From: an uncultured Bacillota bacterium
GTDB lineage: Bacteria > Bacillota_I > Bacilli_A > RF39 > UBA660
Reading direction: 5' to 3'
DNA: 32,894 nt
Assembly (NCBI GenBank): GCA_945928335.1
Contig: CAMENK010000001.1
Location: forward strand, 1-32,894
Position 1 is the stretch's first letter; each line of letters opens with the position of its first letter. The notes beneath the pieces are model-generated. The model had not been told where the DNA came from. It worked only from the letters and a program-made list of their open reading frames with translations, and did not search any database. The position numbers were made by a program, and so were the translations under genes. This document shows, piece after piece, positions 17,351-26,316 of the stretch.

Positions 17351-19096
17351 ATGAAAAATAAACCATTGGTATCAATTATTATTCCAGTTTATAATGGAGA
17401 AGATTATGTTAAAGAAGCAATTGATAGTGCTTTAAATCAAACTTATGATAATAAAGAAATTATCGTTGTAAATGATGGTAGTTTTGATAAAACTGAAACT
17501 ATATGTTTAAAATATGGTAAAAAGATTAAATATTTTTCTAAGGAAAATGGTGGGGTATCTACTGCACTTAATTTAGCTATAAAAAAAGCTTCTGGAGAAT
17601 ATATATCTTGGTTAAGTCACGATGATTTATATTATCCTAATAAAATAGAAGATGAAGTAAAAATAGCAAATAATAATACTATTATTTATAGTGATTATGA
17701 TTTGATAGATGAGAATGGAAATAATATTGGGAATATAATTTTACCTCATGAAAAATTAGAAAATAAAAATTCTTTACCTCTTATGAAGGGACTTATAAAT
17801 GGAATAACATTGTTAATACCTAAAAAAGCTTTTATTGATTGTGGTGAGTTTAATATAGATTTAAAATGTACTCAAGATTATGATATGTGGTTTAGAATGT
17901 TGACAAAAGGTTATAATTTTGTACATCTAGAGCAGTCTTTAGCATCATCTCGTCAACACAGAAATCAAACAACTAATACGAGTACTAAAATGGTTAGTGA
18001 AGGAAATACACTTTGGAAGAATATGACATTTAATATGCCAAAGGATATCATTTTAAAAGATTTTAAAACAGAATATTCTTTTTATAAACAGGTTGCTAGT
18101 GTTTTAAAATTTTCGCCTTATCAAGAAGCTTATAAATCAGTTGTGAAAAAATTTGATAGTCTAGATAGAACTATTGATGTTTCTAATAAAAAAGTTAGTG
18201 TAATTATTCCTTTTTATGATGAAAGTATTGATATAATTAAAAGAGCAGTAACTTCGGTTATTGAACAAACTCATAAAAATTTAGAAATTTTGCTAATAAA
18301 TGATAATCCTACTAATTATAAAAGGAAATCAATAAATGAAATTTTAACTGATAAGAGAATTAAATATATAGAAAATAAGAAAAATTCTGGTGTTTCTTTT
18401 TCTAGAAATTTTGGAATATCTAAAGCTACAGGAGATTATATTGCCTTTTTAGATGCTGATGATGTTTTTATGAAGGATAAGATTGAAATTCAATTGGAAG
18501 AATTGGAAAGAAATCAGGCTGTTTTTTCACATACTTCCTATATTTTACATACTGAAGATTCTGAAACTATTATGAATTCTGGAGAACAAGATGGAGATAT
18601 ATTAAGAGAAATTATTACTTGTTGTAGAATTGCTACACCTACTGTAATGATAAAAAAGAGTGTATTTGATGAACATGGATATTCTTTTGAAGAAAAAATA
18701 GGAATTGGTGAAGATAATTGTTTATGGATGGATATTTTAATAAATTATGAAGCTGTTGGAATTAATAAACCTCTTTCAATTGTTTATGTTGATGAACAAA
18801 GTGCGGCTTATAATAATGATAAGCAATATATTGGATTAAAAAATATTTTGATTCACGCTTTAAACGATTCTAGAATAAATAAATATAAAAAAGAAGTTTG
18901 TTTGTTGGCATATAATTTTTCTCGTACTAATTTATATTTAAGTAATGATGATTATGAACTTCAAAGTATTTTAAATAGCAGATCATGGAAAATCACTAAA
19001 CCGTTAAGACTAGCAAGTAAAACTGTAAGGTCTTTGAAAGAAAATGGTTTTAAACGTACAATGATTTTAATTAAAAGGCATATATGCAAAAAATAA
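17351..19096 (+). CDS. two-domain family 2 glycosyltransferase (tandem GT-A modules)
   Basis: Module 1: VSIIIPVYNGEDYV...WLSHDDLY. Module 2: VSVIIPFYDES...FLDADDVF. The start is placed at ATG 17351 (the GTG 17342 alternative adds 3 aa). Confidence 0.8.
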   Translation: MKNKPLVSIIIPVYNGEDYVKEAIDSALNQTYDNKEIIVVNDGSFDKTETICLKYGKKIKYFSKENGGVSTALNLAIKKASGEYISWLSHDDLYYPNKIEDEVKIANNNTIIYSDYDLIDENGNNIGNIILPHEKLENKNSLPLMKGLINGITLLIPKKAFIDCGEFNIDLKCTQDYDMWFRMLTKGYNFVHLEQSLASSRQHRNQTTNTSTKMVSEGNTLWKNMTFNMPKDIILKDFKTEYSFYKQVASVLKFSPYQEAYKSVVKKFDSLDRTIDVSNKKVSVIIPFYDESIDIIKRAVTSVIEQTHKNLEILLINDNPTNYKRKSINEILTDKRIKYIENKKNSGVSFSRNFGISKATGDYIAFLDADDVFMKDKIEIQLEELERNQAVFSHTSYILHTEDSETIMNSGEQDGDILREIITCCRIATPTVMIKKSVFDEHGYSFEEKIGIGEDNCLWMDILINYEAVGINKPLSIVYVDEQSAAYNNDKQYIGLKNILIHALNDSRINKYKKEVCLLAYNFSRTNLYLSNDDYELQSILNSRSWKITKPLRLASKTVRSLKENGFKRTMILIKRHICKK

Positions 19097-20217
19097 CTAT
19101 TTTAGCGTTGCACTTAGATTTTGGCGGTATTGAAAAATATATTTCTCTTTTATGTAAAATGTTTGAAAAGGATTTTGATATAGAAATAATTTCAACTTAT
19201 AAATTTAGAGAAATACCGGCTTTTAATTTTGATAATAATATTAAGATTAAATATTTGATTACTGATAATTTAGAAAATGTTTCTATAAAGAAATTATTAA
19301 AAAATAAAAAATTTATAAAAATATTAAAAGAGATTTTAAGAAGGAGTAAAATTAAAAGATTAGCAAAAACTTCAAATATTAAAGTTATACAATCTTTGGC
19401 TTCAGATTATGTTATTACTACTAGAACATTTCATAATTCTTTAGTTAATAAATATTTAAAGAATAGTAATATCATTAAGATTGCTACTGAACATAATTAT
19501 CATAATAATGATAGAAAGTATATAAAAAAATTTATTAAATCCGTAACTAATTTTGATTATGTAGTTCATTGTACACAAGAATTATATGATTTTTATAAAG
19601 ATAAAATTAAAAATGCTAAGAATATTTTAATACCAAATCCTGTTTATATTGAAGGTAATAATATATCTAGTTTAAATAATAAAAATATTTTAGCCGTAGG
19701 GAGAATTTCTCCTGAAAAAGGTTTTTTTGATTTAGTGGATGTAATGGAGATTGTTAATTCTTTAGATAAAGATATTTATTTAACTATTTGTGGTGATGGA
19801 TATCAAATTAGTGATCTTAAAAGTTATATTGAATCTAAAAAATTAGACAAGAATATAATCGTAACTGGATTCTTAGGTGGAAAAGATTTGGAGAATAAAT
19901 ATTTAAATGCTTCAACTTTTGTTATGACTTCTATAACTGAAGCATTTGGATTGGTTATATTAGAGGCAATGCATTATGGATTACCTTGTATTTCTTTTAG
20001 TAGTGCGTCTGGTGCAAGATATTTATTAAAAGATAGTACAGGAATTCTTATAGATAATAGAAACAAGGATAAGATGGCAAGAACAATTATAGATTTATTA
20101 AACGATAAAAATTCTTTGTTATATTATCAAAATAAAAGTCTTAACAAGGTTAAGGAATTTGATTTAGAACATATTTATAAAAAATGGAAAGATTTGATTT
20201 TTGATAAAGTAAATTAA
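19084..20217 (+). CDS. family 4 (GT-B) glycosyltransferase
   Basis: C-terminal half has VGRISPEKGF and EAFGLVILEAMHYGLPCI (the EX7E region). It overlaps the preceding gene by 13 nt. Confidence 0.8.
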   Translation: MQKITILALHLDFGGIEKYISLLCKMFEKDFDIEIISTYKFREIPAFNFDNNIKIKYLITDNLENVSIKKLLKNKKFIKILKEILRRSKIKRLAKTSNIKVIQSLASDYVITTRTFHNSLVNKYLKNSNIIKIATEHNYHNNDRKYIKKFIKSVTNFDYVVHCTQELYDFYKDKIKNAKNILIPNPVYIEGNNISSLNNKNILAVGRISPEKGFFDLVDVMEIVNSLDKDIYLTICGDGYQISDLKSYIESKKLDKNIIVTGFLGGKDLENKYLNASTFVMTSITEAFGLVILEAMHYGLPCISFSSASGARYLLKDSTGILIDNRNKDKMARTIIDLLNDKNSLLYYQNKSLNKVKEFDLEHIYKKWKDLIFDKVN

Positions 20218-20262
20218 TCTTTATTGTTTATTATAAAAAAATTGTTTATAATATTTTTATTA

Positions 20263-20294
20263 AAAATAAAATTTAAAATAATTTTATTTTTTTT
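20263..20294 (+). terminator. AT-only hairpin terminator between the two GT4 paralogues
   Basis: aaaataaaatt (20263-20273) / aattttatttt (20280-20290), a perfect 11 bp, followed by TTTT. Confidence 0.4.
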
Positions 20295-20312
20295 AATATA
20301 TATTTATTTACG

Positions 20313-20321
20313 TGATATAAT
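20313..20321 (+). promoter_or_regulatory. extended -10 promoter element (TGATATAAT) for the GT4::Alg14 / Alg13 unit
   Basis: TGnTATAAT lies 18 nt upstream of ATG 20339, which has AAAGGAG SD. Confidence 0.45.
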
Positions 20322-20338
20322 AAAAGAAAAGGAGTATT

Positions 20339-21940
20339 ATGAAAAAGATTACAATTTTATCTTTACATTTAGGTGTTGGTGGTATAGAAAAATATATAAC
20401 TAGTTTGAGTAAAATGCTTAGTTCTGATTATGAAGTAGAAATGATTATAACTTATAAACTTAAGGAAGTACCTTCATTTAATATAGGAAAAAATATAAAA
20501 ATAACATATTTAATTGATGGTGGGCCTAATAGGGATGAAATAAGAAAATGTGTAAAAAGGCATAAATATTTAAAATTATTAAAGGAAATTATAAAAGCTA
20601 TTAAAATTTTATATTTAAAAAGGGCAAGAACTAAAAAGGCAATTAAAAATTTGGAAACTGACTATTTAATTACTACTAGAACATATGAAACTAAATTAGC
20701 AAATAAAATTCTTAAAAATAATAAAGTTAAGTTAATTGCTACTGATCATAATTACCCTGATAAAAAATATAAAACTAAATTAATAAAGGCTACTACTAAT
20801 TTTGATAGATTAGTTTTAGTAAATAGTGAAATAAGAGATATTTATAAACAAGAAATTGGATTAAAAGCTATATGTATAAATAATTTTATTGATGACTTAT
20901 CTAAAGAGAAGAGTAATTTAGGTACTAAAAATATTATATCGGTTGGTAGATTTTCTAAGGAGAAGGGCTTTATTGATTTAATTGATATAATGTCTTTGAT
21001 AATAAAAAAAGATAATAAAGTTACTTTGACTTTAGTAGGAGATGGAGAAGAAAAAGAAAATATTCAAAATAGAATAAAGGAATTGAAACTTGAAAATAAC
21101 ATAAAGTTAACTGGATATCTAAATCAAGAAGAAATAAAAAGTGAGTTATTAAAATCTAGTCTTTTTTGTATGACTAGTGAAGTAGAAAGTTTTGGCTTAG
21201 TAATATTGGAAGCAATGAATCTAGGAGTACCTGTAGTTGCTTTTGAATCTGCATGTGGTCCAAGAGTACTTCTTAGAAATGGAGCGGGTATTTTAATAAA
21301 AGAACGTAATAAAGAAGATTTTGCTAATTGTGTATTAGATTTACTTAATAATAAAAGTAAATTGAAGAAATTATCTGATTTGTCTAAAAAGGAGATTGAA
21401 AATTATACTTCAGATGTAATAAAACAAGAGTGGTTAAAATTATTAAATGATGTAAATAAATTATCACGCAAAAAAGTAATGTTTATATCTAGTACTGGAG
21501 GACATTTAAATGAACTTTTAATGTTAAAGAGCATGTTTAACAAGTATAACTATTTTTTAATTACTGAAAATACTGCTTCTAATAAAAATTTAAAAAATAA
21601 GTATGGTAAAAAGAAAGTTGGATTTTTAGTGTACGGGACTAGAAAACATATTTTTTCTTATATTTTTAAAATTATTTTTAATAGTTTTAAAAGTTTATAT
21701 TATTTTATAAAAATTAGACCTAGTTTTATTGTTTCAACTGGTGCTCATACTGCTGGACCGATGTGCTTAATTGGACATCTTTTAGGGGCTAAAATAATTT
21801 TTATTGAAACATTTGCAAATAGTGAAACTAAAACTATTACTGGAAGTTTAGTTTATAAATTTGCTGATTTGTTTATAGTTCAGTGGGAAAGTATGCTAGA
21901 AAATTATCCTAATGCTGTGTTTGGAGGTTGGATATATTGA
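20339..21940 (+). CDS. fusion of a GT4 glycosyltransferase (paralogue of 19084-20217) with a C-terminal Alg14-like half-glycosyltransferase domain
   Basis: aa 1-~370 align by eye with the previous GT4 (MKKITILSLHLGVGGIEKYI vs MQKITILALHLDFGGIEKYI; VGRFSKEKGF; ESFGLVILEAM). aa ~375-533 (VMFISSTGGHLNELL...STGAHTAGP...IFIETFAN) resemble Alg14/Cps14F/EpsE-type proteins. Confidence 0.7.
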   Translation: MKKITILSLHLGVGGIEKYITSLSKMLSSDYEVEMIITYKLKEVPSFNIGKNIKITYLIDGGPNRDEIRKCVKRHKYLKLLKEIIKAIKILYLKRARTKKAIKNLETDYLITTRTYETKLANKILKNNKVKLIATDHNYPDKKYKTKLIKATTNFDRLVLVNSEIRDIYKQEIGLKAICINNFIDDLSKEKSNLGTKNIISVGRFSKEKGFIDLIDIMSLIIKKDNKVTLTLVGDGEEKENIQNRIKELKLENNIKLTGYLNQEEIKSELLKSSLFCMTSEVESFGLVILEAMNLGVPVVAFESACGPRVLLRNGAGILIKERNKEDFANCVLDLLNNKSKLKKLSDLSKKEIENYTSDVIKQEWLKLLNDVNKLSRKKVMFISSTGGHLNELLMLKSMFNKYNYFLITENTASNKNLKNKYGKKKVGFLVYGTRKHIFSYIFKIIFNSFKSLYYFIKIRPSFIVSTGAHTAGPMCLIGHLLGAKIIFIETFANSETKTITGSLVYKFADLFIVQWESMLENYPNAVFGGWIY

Positions 21941-22416
21941 TATTTGTGACGGTTGGTACTCAAGATGTACCTTTTGATAGATTATTAAAAGAAGTTGATA
22001 AATGTATAATTGATGGGACAATAAAGGAAGAAGTTATAGTTCAGTCAGGTAATACTAAATTTAAATCTAAAAATATGAAGATGGTTAATTTATTACCTAT
22101 GGAGGATTTTAAAAAGATTATTAGTGAGGCTAGTATTATAATTGCGCATGGTGGGGTTGGTACTATTACTGATGGAATATCTAACGATAAAGTAGTTATT
22201 GCATGTCCTCGACTTGCTAAATATAAAGAGGCTGTAAACGATCACCAAATTCAAATTATTAAGCAATTTGATAAAATGGGTTTTATAATTCCTTTATATA
22301 ATCCTAAAGAATTGAAAATAGCTTTAGAAAGGGCAAAGGAATTCAAAATAAAAAAATATAGGAGTAATACTTCTAATATGATTAAACTAATAGAAAAATT
22401 TATTGATAACAATTAA
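21937..22416 (+). CDS. Alg13-like glycosyltransferase C-terminal half-domain (Cps14G/EpsF/PssE-like)
   Basis: (M)IFVTVGTQDVPFDRLL N-terminus and AHGGVGTI are typical of GT28-C/Alg13-like proteins. The start is placed at TTG 21937, which has GGAGG 9 nt upstream and forms a TTGA overlap with the preceding stop. The table start 21928 would abut the SD. Confidence 0.7.
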   Translation: MIFVTVGTQDVPFDRLLKEVDKCIIDGTIKEEVIVQSGNTKFKSKNMKMVNLLPMEDFKKIISEASIIIAHGGVGTITDGISNDKVVIACPRLAKYKEAVNDHQIQIIKQFDKMGFIIPLYNPKELKIALERAKEFKIKKYRSNTSNMIKLIEKFIDNN

Positions 22417-22419
22417 AAT

Positions 22420-22445
22420 AGGCACATTTGTGTCTTTTTATTTTA
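22420..22445 (+). terminator. intrinsic terminator ending the glycopolymer locus
   Basis: aggcaca / tgtgtct hairpin (one G-U) followed by ttttatttt. Confidence 0.6.
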
Positions 22446-22479
22446 AATTAAAAAGTGTATAATTATGATAGGTGATGAT

Positions 22480-25400
22480 ATGAAAATAACGAGTGTAATG
22501 GATGGAAATGAAGCATGCGCTAGTGCTGCTTATAATTTTACTGAAGTTAGTGGAATATATCCTATAACTCCTTCTAGTGCAATGGCAACTTTGTGTGATA
22601 AATGGTCTAGCTCTGGAAAGAAAAATATCTTTAATGAGAAAGTAAGTGTTATTGAAATGCAAAGTGAAGCAGGCGCTAGTGCTTTGATGCATGGTTCTTT
22701 ACAAAGTGGAAGATTAACAACTACTTTTACTGCTAGTCAAGGACTTCTTTTGATGATTCCTAGTATGTATAAAATGGCAGGAGAATTATTACCTGGTGTT
22801 ATTCATGTTGCGGCAAGGAGTTTATCTACTCATGCTTTATCTATTTTTGGTGATCATCAAGATGTCTATAGTACACGCGCTACGGGATTTGCTATTCTTT
22901 CGAGTGCTAGTGTTCAAGATGCTTATAATTTAGCATTGGTTAGTCATTTATCAGCTATTAAGGGAAGGATACCATTCTTACACTTTTTTGATGGTTTTAG
23001 AACAAGTCATGAACTTAATAAGATATATACTTTAGAAAGTGATGATATTAAGCCTTTAATAGATATGGAAGCTTTAAATAATTTTAGACAAAATAGTTTA
23101 AATATTGGTAAAAGTATTACAAGAGGATGTAGTGAAACAGAGGATGTTTATTTTCAAAATACTGAAGTTAGAAATAAGTATTATGAAGAACTACCCGATA
23201 TAGTTAATAATTATATGAAAAGTATAAATGAAATTACTGGTGAAGATTATAAACCTTTTAATTACTATGGTGATAAATCTGCTAAGAATATAATTGTGGC
23301 TATGGGTAGTGTAACTGATACTATTAAGAGTGTTGTAGATGATTTAAATAATAATGGTTATAAGACAGGTGTTATTATTGTTAGACTTTATAGACCATGG
23401 AGTACTAAGTATTTTTTGAGTGTTTTACCAAAGAGTGTAGAGAAAATTACTGTTTTAGATAGAACTAAAGAAGCTGGTAGTTTGGCTGAACCATTGTATT
23501 TGGATGTTGTTACTACATTAAAGGGTGAAAATATTGAAATAGTCGGGGGAAGATATGGTTTATCAAGTAAAAATACTAGTCCTCAAGATATAAAGAGTGT
23601 ATTTGATAATATGGAAAAACTTAAGATGAAAGATCATTTTACAGTTGGAATTATTGATGATGTTACTAATACTAGTTTGGAAGTTAAAGATTATGAACTT
23701 AAGACTAATTATAAAGAAATTAAAGTGTTTGGTTTTGGTTCAGATGGAATGGTAAGTGCCAGTAAGAATATTTTAAAAGTTATTGGGGAAAAACCTAATG
23801 AATTTGTACAAGGTTATTTTGAGTATGATTCTAAAAAAAGTGGTGGAGTTACTATTAGTCATTTAAGAATTAGTAAAGATAAAATAAATGCTCCTTATTA
23901 TTTGACTAGTCCTAATTTAATTGTAGTTTCAAAAGATTCTTATTTAACTAAGTATGATTTATTAGAAGGTATAAAAAAGAATGGTATTTTCTTACTTAAT
24001 ACGTCTATGTCTGATGAAGAGTTAAATAAGGTTATGCCTGATGAGATGAAAAGTATTATTAAAGATAAGAAAATTAAAGTATTTGTTACTAATGCAGATG
24101 ATTTAGCTAGAAAGTATAATTTGAATGGAAAGATAAATAATATTATTTCTTATTATGTACTTAAGATGTTAGGGTTAAGTGGTGGAGATTTAGTAAGATT
24201 TAAAGAAATTGTTAAGAAAACTTATAATGATAAAGGTAAAGATGTCATTGAAGCTAATTTAAATGCTATTGATGAGAGTATAGATTATCTTAGAGAGTTA
24301 AATAGTGATGTTTTAATAATAAATGGAGACTCTAAAGATATAAATGATACTATACTTGATAAGATGCTTGTTAGACGTGGTAATATGCTTAAAGTTAGTG
24401 ATTTTATTGGACATGAAGATGGTACTTTTGAAGGTGGTACTAGTGCTTCTGATAAGAGAAAGATATCTAATTTAGTTCCAAATTGGTGTAAGGAAAATTG
24501 TATTGAGTGTAATATGTGTTCATTTATTTGTCCTCATTCAGTTATAAAGCCTTTTTCACTTTCTTTAGAGGATGTTGAAAAAAGTCCAATTGATAAGAGT
24601 GATACTATAAAGAGTGTCGGTGAAGAGAATAAAGGATTTTATTTAAGTATAAATAGTGATAACTGTACTGGGTGTACTTTGTGTACTAGAATATGTCCTG
24701 GTAAAGATGGGGAAAAAGCTTTAGTTATGGGTAATGCTGATTCTAAAAATGATGAGATATGTGATTATTTAAAAGAGAATGTTATTAATGATGTACCTTT
24801 TTCTAAGTTTAGTGTTAAGGGATTAGGATTTGTTAAATCTGATTTTGAGTTTCCAGGAGCGTGTGCTGGTTGTGGAGAAACTGTTTATTTAAAAACCTTA
24901 ACTAGTTTATTTAAAGATGAGATAGTTATTTCAAATGCGACAGGATGTAGTTCTATTTATGGAGCTAGTTTACCTTGTACGCCTTATAAAACTCCTTGGA
25001 TAAGTTCTTTATTTGAGGATAATGCTGAATTTGGGTATGGCCTTTATACTGGTTATAAGAATGCAAGAAATAGAATTAAAGAACTAATGATAGAAACTAA
25101 AAATGATGTTACTGAAGACGTTAAAGAAACATTTAAATTATGGATAGACAATATGGAAGATGTTGATATTACTAATCAAGTTAAAGATAAGTTGGAAAAT
25201 TCTAATATTAGTTCAGAGCTAAGAAACTTATTATCTTATATTCCAGCAAGAAAAGTTTGGATAATCGGTGGAGATGGATGGGCTTATGATATTGGATTTG
25301 GTGGACTTGATCATGTTTTAAGAAGTAATGAAAATGTTAAAGTTTTAGTTTTAGATTCTGAGGTATATTCTAATACTGGTGGGCAGACATCTAAATCTAC

Positions 25401-25896
25401 TAGAATTGGGGCAGTAGCAGAATTTTCTAGTTTAGGTAAATTAAAACCTAAGAAAGATTTATTCCAAGTCGCTATGAATATTCCTAATTGTTATGTTGCA
25501 AGTGTAAGTGCTGGTGCAAATGGTATGCAAACAATAAAAGCATTTAAAGAGGCAAATGAGCATAATGGACCAAGTGTAATTATTGCGTATAGTACTTGTA
25601 TTGCACATGGTATTAAAGGTGGACTTAAGAATAGTATTGATGAACAAAAATTGTTAGTAGAAAGTGGATATAATATTTTAATGAGATATAATCCTGAATC
25701 TGACAAGTTAACTATTGATTCTAAAGAACCTAACTTTAGTCTATATGAAACTGTTTTTGAAAAGGAATTAAGATATAAGAATTTACAAGAATTAAATAAG
25801 GAAGATTATAATAGGTTATATGAAGAACATATGGCAAATGCAAAAAAAAGATATGAATACTATGTAAACATATCTCAAAAGCAAGAACAAAAGTAA
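22480..25896 (+). CDS. nifJ: pyruvate:ferredoxin (flavodoxin) oxidoreductase
   Basis: N-terminus MKITSVMDGNEA...YPITPSS; two 4Fe-4S motifs (CIECNMCSFICP, CTGCTLCTRICP); TPP-binding GGDGWAYDIGFGGLDH. ATG 22480 behind AGGTGA is preferred over 22465. Confidence 0.9.
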   Translation: MKITSVMDGNEACASAAYNFTEVSGIYPITPSSAMATLCDKWSSSGKKNIFNEKVSVIEMQSEAGASALMHGSLQSGRLTTTFTASQGLLLMIPSMYKMAGELLPGVIHVAARSLSTHALSIFGDHQDVYSTRATGFAILSSASVQDAYNLALVSHLSAIKGRIPFLHFFDGFRTSHELNKIYTLESDDIKPLIDMEALNNFRQNSLNIGKSITRGCSETEDVYFQNTEVRNKYYEELPDIVNNYMKSINEITGEDYKPFNYYGDKSAKNIIVAMGSVTDTIKSVVDDLNNNGYKTGVIIVRLYRPWSTKYFLSVLPKSVEKITVLDRTKEAGSLAEPLYLDVVTTLKGENIEIVGGRYGLSSKNTSPQDIKSVFDNMEKLKMKDHFTVGIIDDVTNTSLEVKDYELKTNYKEIKVFGFGSDGMVSASKNILKVIGEKPNEFVQGYFEYDSKKSGGVTISHLRISKDKINAPYYLTSPNLIVVSKDSYLTKYDLLEGIKKNGIFLLNTSMSDEELNKVMPDEMKSIIKDKKIKVFVTNADDLARKYNLNGKINNIISYYVLKMLGLSGGDLVRFKEIVKKTYNDKGKDVIEANLNAIDESIDYLRELNSDVLIINGDSKDINDTILDKMLVRRGNMLKVSDFIGHEDGTFEGGTSASDKRKISNLVPNWCKENCIECNMCSFICPHSVIKPFSLSLEDVEKSPIDKSDTIKSVGEENKGFYLSINSDNCTGCTLCTRICPGKDGEKALVMGNADSKNDEICDYLKENVINDVPFSKFSVKGLGFVKSDFEFPGACAGCGETVYLKTLTSLFKDEIVISNATGCSSIYGASLPCTPYKTPWISSLFEDNAEFGYGLYTGYKNARNRIKELMIETKNDVTEDVKETFKLWIDNMEDVDITNQVKDKLENSNISSELRNLLSYIPARKVWIIGGDGWAYDIGFGGLDHVLRSNENVKVLVLDSEVYSNTGGQTSKSTRIGAVAEFSSLGKLKPKKDLFQVAMNIPNCYVASVSAGANGMQTIKAFKEANEHNGPSVIIAYSTCIAHGIKGGLKNSIDEQKLLVESGYNILMRYNPESDKLTIDSKEPNFSLYETVFEKELRYKNLQELNKEDYNRLYEEHMANAKKRYEYYVNISQKQEQK

Positions 25897-25914
25897 ATTT
25901 TAATAAATTAAAAT

Positions 25915-26090
25915 TCGCTCCCATTACCTCACGGTAATGGATTTCCTGCTTCATAGAATATGTATCCATACTTCTCCACAGGCTTAAAATCCGATAGTCA
26001 CTACCGTACTTAGCATTCCATATTAGTTATCTTCTTGTTATTTATGACTTTATAATATTTCCTAACATTTTTTAATCTCCTTACACTAGT
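25915..26090 (-). ncRNA. candidate small structured transcript (about 175 nt) with an 8-codon micro-ORF at its 5' end
   Basis: It lies downstream of a consensus minus-strand promoter. It contains AAGGAG, 8 nt, then an ATG micro-ORF (26068->26042, MLGNIIKS). It also has a 6-bp hairpin (CGGUAG/CUAUCG), a long imperfect hairpin (GGAUUU...CCUG...AGAAGUAUG GAUA CAUAUUCU...CAGG...AAAUCC), and the 25921-25940 hairpin. Confidence 0.35.
25921..25940. terminator. 8-bp hairpin usable on either strand (end of PFOR transcript and/or of the minus-strand small transcript)
   Basis: ccattacc tcac ggtaatgg, 25 nt after the PFOR stop. T-tracts on both strands are imperfect. Confidence 0.4.
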
Positions 26091-26096
26091 ACATCA

Positions 26097-26125
26097 ATTA
26101 TACAAGTCTAAAGATAAATTGTCAA
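26097..26125 (-). promoter_or_regulatory. consensus sigma-A promoter on the minus strand
   Basis: The reverse complement reads TTGACA (26125-26120), exactly 17 nt, then TATAAT (26102-26097). No annotated ORF lies downstream. Confidence 0.6.
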
Positions 26126-26182
26126 TAGTTTTAACAAACAATTGTACTTTTATTATTTTTACTAAAGAACTTTTCTGTAATA

Positions 26183-26281
26183 TAAAAAGGATTGCCCCCC
26201 TGAGAGCAATCCGGAAAAAAGAATAAAAAGGGGTTGGCTAGTGTGATACTAGCACCAATTCGCCTATAAGTGAATTGGTAA
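26183..26281 (-). ncRNA. candidate ~100-nt sRNA (strand assignment tentative)
   Basis: Minus-strand reading gives a promoter at 26288-26316. Two perfect hairpins follow (CCAAUUC/GAAUUGG; GCUAGU/ACUAGC). Then comes an unpaired C-rich stretch CCAACCCCUUUUUAUUC. A terminator closes it: GGAUUGC-loop-GCAAUCC (26189-26212) followed by UUUUUAUAUU. A plus-strand reading with the hairpin at 26298-26331 as terminator is also possible. Confidence 0.35.
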
Positions 26282-26287
26282 GTCTAT

Positions 26288-26316
26288 ATACTAAACTAAA
26301 AGGGTTGTTTTGTCAA
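26288..26316 (-). promoter_or_regulatory. sigma-A type promoter on the minus strand (alternatively a plus-strand bidirectional terminator hairpin)
   Basis: The reverse complement reads TTGACA (26316-26311), 17 nt, then TAGTAT (26293-26288). The same DNA forms aaaagggttg/caaccttttt, a hairpin with flanking A and T tracts. Confidence 0.4.

Noticed and set aside
20221-20262. Direct repeat attgtttat ... attgtttat in the spacer between the GT4 paralogues, as a regulatory site.
   Set aside because: It is a short, AT-only repeat in an AT-rich spacer. It cannot be distinguished from chance or from a duplication scar without comparative data.
25736-25969. A 77-aa minus-strand ORF spanning the PFOR 3' end and the downstream hairpin.
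   Set aside because: Most of it is antisense to the PFOR coding sequence and it has no SD. Its 5' part coincides with the hairpin-rich region, which is better explained as RNA structure.
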